From: Acidobacteriota bacterium
Lineage (GTDB): Bacteria > Acidobacteriota > Thermoanaerobaculia > Gp7-AA8
DNA: 64,000 bases
Assembly: GCA_019244185.1 (NCBI GenBank)
Contig: JAFATB010000025.1
Coordinates: 224,001-288,000 of the forward strand
Direction: 5' to 3'
Shown here: one piece after another, positions 58,873 through 64,000 of the stretch
How the letters are laid out: each line of letters begins with the position of its first letter
Numbering within the stretch: position 1 is the stretch's first letter
The notes under the pieces: model-generated
Seen by the model: the letters and a program-made list of their open reading frames with translations, nothing else
What the model was told of the DNA's origin: nothing
Database searches by the model: none
Made by a program: the position numbers and the translations under genes

Positions 58873-59625
58873 GTGAGGTCATGCAGCGTAGCGATGGTCG
58901 TGTTCGCGATGTTGGCGCCGGTGCTCGCGTCGGCGGCCGTGAACACCGAAGTCACCGAAGAGATCGTGCTCGACAGCCCCTGCTCGAAGACCGAGCCGCA
59001 CGCGGTGTTGGATCCGCCAGCCTGCAGCGACTACGACTTCGACACGCCGCTGATCGATGCGCTCGGCCGCGGGGATCGCTCGTCCGCACCCGTGCTGCAA
59101 CAACGCTACGCGCAGGAGCTCACGCTTTCGGAGCGCCATCGCATCGCGGCCGCGCTCGTCGGCCATGTCGCAAACGACGCTCCATACTGGAACGAGGTCG
59201 CGGAGCACGCGGCGAACGCGATCCGCTTCGCCTACGTCGACGAGCGGCCGAACCCGGAGCTTGCGACGTGGTGCGCTGCGCGCGGATGGGAGCGGCATCG
59301 GTATTTCGACGTGGCGGTCTCCGCGCTCGCCTACGCCGGCCGCGATCCGCGCGGCCGTGCGCTCCTGCGGCGTGCCCTCCACAGTGAGAGCATCGACGTC
59401 GTCGAGGCGGCGGTCGTCAGCTTCGCGGCAGCCCATGACGAGAGCGTGCTGCCCGAGATCGAGGAAGCGATCGCACGCTGGCCGGAGGTCGACGAGCTCG
59501 CGCTCGCGCTGGTCGATTACGATTCGCCGGCCGCCGATGCCGTCGCCATGCGCGTACTCAGCGAGCCGGGCCGCGAAACCTACGCGGAGCTCGAGCAGCA
59601 CCAGCACGAGCCCCAGGACGAATAG
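58873..59625 (+). CDS. Secreted hypothetical protein with HEAT-like helices
   Basis: Signal-like hydrophobic N-terminus; helical repeats; start uncertain. Confidence 0.65.
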   Translation: MRSCSVAMVVFAMLAPVLASAAVNTEVTEEIVLDSPCSKTEPHAVLDPPACSDYDFDTPLIDALGRGDRSSAPVLQQRYAQELTLSERHRIAAALVGHVANDAPYWNEVAEHAANAIRFAYVDERPNPELATWCAARGWERHRYFDVAVSALAYAGRDPRGRALLRRALHSESIDVVEAAVVSFAAAHDESVLPEIEEAIARWPEVDELALALVDYDSPAADAVAMRVLSEPGRETYAELEQHQHEPQDE

Positions 59626-59634
59626 ACTTCTCCC

Positions 59635-60717
59635 GTGCCCACCCTCACCACCCGCGCCCTCAATCGCGCCACGCTCGCGCGGCAACTGCTGTTGCGCCGT
59701 GAGGCGATCGGCGTCGTCGATGCGGTCGCGCGGCTCGCGGGGATGCAGGCGCAGGTGCCGAAGCCGCCATTCCTCGGGCTCTGGTCGCGCGTCGAAGGCT
59801 TCACGCGCGAGTCGCTGCGCGACGCCATCGCGCGACGCGAGCTCGTGCGCGCAACGCTCATGCGCGGGACGATTCATCTCGTCACGCGCGACGACTTTCT
59901 TGCCTTCCGTCCGGCCGTGCAGCCGGTGCTGACGGCCGGAAGGGAGGCGATCACGAAAGGCGGAGGTCCGATCGACGTCGCGTCCGTCGTCGCCGCGGGA
60001 CGCGCGTTCTTCGGTGCGCAGCCGCGGCCGTTCGACGCGCTGCGCAAGCATTTCGCGGCCACGCATCCCGATCGCAACGAACGCTTCCTCGCCTACGCCG
60101 TGCGCATGCATCTGCCGCTCGTGCTCGTGCCCGACGACTCGCGCTGGAGCTATGCGCCCGACGCAGACTTCGCCGTGGCCGAGACGTTCCTCGATACGCC
60201 CATCGCCGCCGAAGCATCCGCGCATTCGCTCGCAATACGCTACCTCGCCGCGTTCGGTCCCGCGACGCCCGCCGACTTTCAGGCGTGGTCGGGTCTCAAG
60301 AACGCGAAGCCGCTGTTCGAGGAGCTGCGCCCGCAACTCGTGACGTTCGGCGACAAGAAGCGCGAGCTGTTCGATCTGCCGGACGCGCCGCGTCCCGGCG
60401 AGGACGTCGACGCACCGGTGCGCTTCCTCCCCGAGTACGACAACCTCCTCCTCGCCCACGCCGACCGCACGCGGATCATCGACGACGAACATCGTCCGCT
60501 CGTCGTCACCAAAAACCTGCGCGTGTTGGCCACGTTCCTCGTCGACGGCGTCGTGGCGGGCACGTGGTCGATCGAGCGGAAGAAGAAGACCGCGACGCTC
60601 GTGCTCGCGCCGTTCGGCAAGCTCGCGAAACGCGATCGCGACGCGCTCGTCCACGAAGGCGAACAACTGCTGCGCTTCGCGGAAGACGACGCGACGACGT
60701 TCGCAGTGTCAGCGTGA
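59635..60717 (+). CDS. HTH_42 winged-helix DNA glycosylase (AlkZ-like)
   Basis: [45 protein letters not shown]. Confidence 0.9.
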   Translation: MPTLTTRALNRATLARQLLLRREAIGVVDAVARLAGMQAQVPKPPFLGLWSRVEGFTRESLRDAIARRELVRATLMRGTIHLVTRDDFLAFRPAVQPVLTAGREAITKGGGPIDVASVVAAGRAFFGAQPRPFDALRKHFAATHPDRNERFLAYAVRMHLPLVLVPDDSRWSYAPDADFAVAETFLDTPIAAEASAHSLAIRYLAAFGPATPADFQAWSGLKNAKPLFEELRPQLVTFGDKKRELFDLPDAPRPGEDVDAPVRFLPEYDNLLLAHADRTRIIDDEHRPLVVTKNLRVLATFLVDGVVAGTWSIERKKKTATLVLAPFGKLAKRDRDALVHEGEQLLRFAEDDATTFAVSA

Positions 60718-62355
60718 GCCGAGCGCCGCGCCGACCAGCGCCTGCGCTTCCGACTGCAGCGCGCGCAGATGCTCCTCGCTGATGAAGCTCTCCGCGTAGA
60801 TCTTGTAGATGTTCTCCGTGCCCGACGGCCGCGCCGCGAACCAGCCGTTGCGCGTGGCGACTTTCAACCCGCCAATGGCGTTGCCGTCGCCGGGCGCCTT
60901 CGTGAGGATCGCCTCGATCGGATCGCCGGCGAGCTCCTGCGCGCGCACCTGTTCGGGCGCGAGCTTGCCGAGGAGCGACTTCTGTTCCGGCGTCGTGGGC
61001 GCGTCGGTGCGCGCGTAGAACGTCGCGCCGTGCCGCGCGACGAGCGCGTCGTACAGCTCGCCCGGATCACGTCCTGTGCGCGCCGTCATCTCCGCGGCGA
61101 GGAGGCCGAGGAGAATGCCGTCCTTGTCGGTCGTCCAGACCGAGCCGTCGCGGCGGAGGAACGACGCGCCCGCGCTCTCCTCGCCGCCGAAGCCGAGCGT
61201 GCCCGCGAGCAGCCCGTCGACGAACCACTTGAAGCCGACCGGCACCTCGTACAAACGCCGCCCGAGCTGCGCGGCCACACGATCGATGAGACTGCTGCTC
61301 ACCACCGTCTTCCCCACCGCGGCCTCCGCGCTCCACTGCGGGCGATTCGCAAACAGATAGTCGATGGCGACGGCGAGGTAGTGATTCGGATTGAGCAGCC
61401 CCGCGCTCGGCGTGACGATGCCGTGGCGGTCGTTGTCGGTGTCGTTGCCGAACGCGACGTCGAAACGCTCGCGCAGCGCGATGAGCCCCGCCATCGCGAA
61501 CGGCGACGAGCAGTCCATGCGGATGCGGCCGTCCCAGTCGAGCGTCATGAAGCGGAACGTCGGATCGACGGAGCGGTTGACGATGTCGACGTCGAGGCCG
61601 TAGCGCTCGCGGATGACGTCCCAGTACGCGACGCCGGCGCCGCCGAGCGGATCGACGCCGATGCGCACGCCCGCCGCGCGCACCGCGTCGAGATCGATCG
61701 CGTTGCCGAGGTCCGCGGTGTACGCCGCGATGTAATCGTGACGGTGCGTGGTCGCCGCGTGAAGCGCATCGCGGAACGGCATGCGATGGATGCGCAGCGG
61801 CTCGGCCATCAGCGCGTTCGCCGCTTCCTCGATCGCTTTCGTCGCGGCGGTGCCCGACGGTCCGCCATGCGGCGGGTTGTATTTGAAACCGCCGTCCTCG
61901 GGCGGATTGTGCGACGGCGTGACCACGATGCCGTCGGCGAGTCCGCTGCCGCGGCCGCGGTTGTATGTGAGGATCGCGTGCGAGATGACCGGCGTCGGCG
62001 TGTAGCCGCGCTGCGCGTCGATCATCACCTCGACGCCGTTCGCCGCGAGCACCTCCATCGCGGAGACGAACGCCGGCTCGGAGAGCGCGTGCGTGTCGAT
62101 GCCGAGGTACAGCGGGCCGTTGATGTGCTCCGCGCGACGGTAGTCGCAGATGGCCTGCGTGGTCGCGAGGATGTGCAATTCGTTGAACGCGACGTGCAGC
62201 GCGGAGCCGCGATGGCCGGAGGTGCCGAAGGCGACGCGCTGCTCGCGCACGTTCGGGTCGGGGCGCTCGGCGTAGTACGCGGCGACGAGGCGCGGCACGT
62301 TGATGAGGAGGTCGTCGGTCGGGCGCGTGCCCGGCTGCGCGGCGGTCGTGGCCAT
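60709..62355 (-). CDS. pgm: Phosphoglucomutase
   Basis: [36 protein letters not shown]. Confidence 0.97.
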   Translation of the reverse strand: MATTAAQPGTRPTDDLLINVPRLVAAYYAERPDPNVREQRVAFGTSGHRGSALHVAFNELHILATTQAICDYRRAEHINGPLYLGIDTHALSEPAFVSAMEVLAANGVEVMIDAQRGYTPTPVISHAILTYNRGRGSGLADGIVVTPSHNPPEDGGFKYNPPHGGPSGTAATKAIEEAANALMAEPLRIHRMPFRDALHAATTHRHDYIAAYTADLGNAIDLDAVRAAGVRIGVDPLGGAGVAYWDVIRERYGLDVDIVNRSVDPTFRFMTLDWDGRIRMDCSSPFAMAGLIALRERFDVAFGNDTDNDRHGIVTPSAGLLNPNHYLAVAIDYLFANRPQWSAEAAVGKTVVSSSLIDRVAAQLGRRLYEVPVGFKWFVDGLLAGTLGFGGEESAGASFLRRDGSVWTTDKDGILLGLLAAEMTARTGRDPGELYDALVARHGATFYARTDAPTTPEQKSLLGKLAPEQVRAQELAGDPIEAILTKAPGDGNAIGGLKVATRNGWFAARPSGTENIYKIYAESFISEEHLRALQSEAQALVGAALGSR

Positions 62356-62400
62356 GCGGCGGAGCATATGCCACGCGGCGAACTGTGGTAATCCTTCTCC

Positions 62401-63093
62401 ATGCCCGATGCCTCGCTGCGCACCACGCGCCTCTACCTCGTACGCCACGGCGCGACGCAACTGACGGCCGAGGATCGCTTCTCCGGCGCGAATGGCGCCG
62501 AGCTCTCCGCGGACGGCCGCGCGCAGGCCGAGCTCCTCGGCGAACGCCTGCGCCGCGAGAACATCGCCGCCGCGTACTGCAGCCCGCTCTCGCGCACCGT
62601 CGAGACCGCGCGCCTGATCGTGGCACGCTGCGGGTTGACAGCGTCAACCTCTGACGGCCTACGCGAGATCAGCCACGGCCATTGGGAAGGACTCTCGCGC
62701 GCGGAAGTCGAACAGCGCTACGGCGCGGAGTACGCGGCGTGGGAAGCGGATCCGTTCACGTTCGCGCCGGAAGGCGGCGAATCTGGCGTCGAGGTGCTCG
62801 CGCGCGCGCTGCCGGCGCTCCGCGAGATCGTGACGCGGCATCCCGGCGAGCGCGTGCTGGTCGTCTCGCACAAAGCGACGATCCGTCTGCTCCTCAGCAG
62901 CCTTCTCGGCATCGACGCGCGCGGCTACCGCGACCGTCTCGATCAGGCGCCGGCGTGCCTCAACGTGCTCGACTTCCGCGGCGTCACGCAGCCGCGGCTC
63001 ATGCTCTTCAACGACACCTCGCATTACTCCGAGAAGCCGCGCCTCGCGACGCACTCGCTGTCGAAGTGGTGGGACGAGCGCGGCGCGTCGTAG
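62401..63093 (+). CDS. Histidine phosphatase (phosphoglycerate mutase) family protein
   Basis: LVRHG, SPLSR..ETA, LREI, GGES, VSH. Confidence 0.92.
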   Translation: MPDASLRTTRLYLVRHGATQLTAEDRFSGANGAELSADGRAQAELLGERLRRENIAAAYCSPLSRTVETARLIVARCGLTASTSDGLREISHGHWEGLSRAEVEQRYGAEYAAWEADPFTFAPEGGESGVEVLARALPALREIVTRHPGERVLVVSHKATIRLLLSSLLGIDARGYRDRLDQAPACLNVLDFRGVTQPRLMLFNDTSHYSEKPRLATHSLSKWWDERGAS

Positions 63094-63135
63094 CGCGGCC
63101 AGCTGGCACGCATCCCGAACCGCGCGTCTCCGTTC

Positions 63136-63828
63136 ATGTTGCGCCGGATGCAAATCGTTCTGCTCGTCGTGTCGCTGGCCGCGCTCGCCTGCGATGCGCC
63201 GCGCGATCCGGAAGAGACGCTGACGCGCGTGCGCCGCGGCGGCGTGCTCAACGCGGGTGCGTCCGAGGATCCGCCGTTTCTCGTGCGGCGCGGCGATGAT
63301 GCGGTCGGGATCGAGGCCGCGCTCATCAAAGACTTCGCAGCGCGGAACGGCGCGCACGTGCATTGGGTGTGGGGCGCGCAGGAGACGCAGTTCCGCGCGC
63401 TGGAGAAGTATCAGCTCGATCTCGTTGCCGGCGCCGTGAGCGCGAAGACGCTGTGGAAGAAGCGCGTCGCGGTGACGCGGCCGTATCTCGAGTCGACGAC
63501 GATCCTCGCCTGCCGGCGCGGCGTCGTGCCGCCCACGGACCTGCGCGACGTGGAAGTGGCCATCGAAGACGGCGATCCGATCGGCGCCGAGATCGAGAAG
63601 CAGCACGGCAACGTGAAGCGCATGCATCCGCTCGACGTGAATCAGAACGTGGTCGCCGGCAACCGTACGCGCATCCTCGGACTCGGCTACGTGTTCGTCG
63701 AAACGCTGCAGCGCGAGAAGCGCTCGCTCGCGACGGCGCCCGGCGAGAACGCGTTCCTGCAGGCGCTCGAGGTGTTTCTCGCGCAACGTCACGACGCGAT
63801 CGCAAACGCCGCGGGGGAGCAGCCGTGA
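63136..63828 (+). CDS. Periplasmic substrate-binding (PBP type 2) lipoprotein
   Basis: Lipobox-like ALAC, PRDPEETL, LATAPGENAFL. Confidence 0.75.
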   Translation: MLRRMQIVLLVVSLAALACDAPRDPEETLTRVRRGGVLNAGASEDPPFLVRRGDDAVGIEAALIKDFAARNGAHVHWVWGAQETQFRALEKYQLDLVAGAVSAKTLWKKRVAVTRPYLESTTILACRRGVVPPTDLRDVEVAIEDGDPIGAEIEKQHGNVKRMHPLDVNQNVVAGNRTRILGLGYVFVETLQREKRSLATAPGENAFLQALEVFLAQRHDAIANAAGEQP

Positions 63829-64000
63829 AAGCGCGTCCGCGCGTCGAGCTGCCGCCGGACGTCGAGGCGACGTTCGCCCGCGCGATGCGGCTCGAATGGC
63901 TCTCGCTCGTGCTCATGATCTCGACGGCCGTGCTCGTGTACGCGACCATCAGCCATTCGCAGGCAATGAAGGCCGTGTTCGTCGAGGACGCCCTGTCGCT
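63825..64000 (+). CDS. Cation diffusion facilitator-like transporter, 3'-truncated
   Basis: GTGA overlap; ARAMRLEWLSL...SQAMKAVFVEDALS. Confidence 0.7.
   Translation, partial: MKARPRVELPPDVEATFARAMRLEWLSLVLMISTAVLVYATISHSQAMKAVFVEDALS

Overview
This is a very GC-rich, gene-dense chromosomal window. Gene content and style suggest Acidobacteriota, possibly Thermoanaerobaculia-like (inference only). It holds about 64 CDS and one tRNA-Arg(CCG). I see no integrase, transposase, rRNA or CRISPR array. Recognisable genes include dinB, ychF, glk, pgm, a stand-alone zinc-free rpsD, a cyanophycin locus (cphA, iadA, cphB plus a second cphB), a radical-SAM/glycosyltransferase cluster and an arsenosugar-associated-type radical-SAM operon. 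The most unusual content is: (1) a signalling locus at about 6.3-17.5 kb with a non-canonical class III nucleotidyl cyclase-like protein, a membrane protein carrying two 8-Cys zinc-finger-like/receiver modules on a long E/R helical stalk, a secreted TPR protein, a stalked surface protein and an HTH-PilZ-like protein; (2) at least nine sigma54-type GG-N10-GC motifs in tiny intergenic gaps, most predicting very short leaders; (3) an ECF sigma/zinc-finger-TPR pair followed by a structured region encoding a 22-aa hydrophobic peptide; (4) a kinase-TPR gene coupled to a DP-EP-like small protein; (5) heptamer-repeat hairpins, two of which flank dinB, and a REP/MITE-like element. All calls come from reading motifs by eye; no database search was run.
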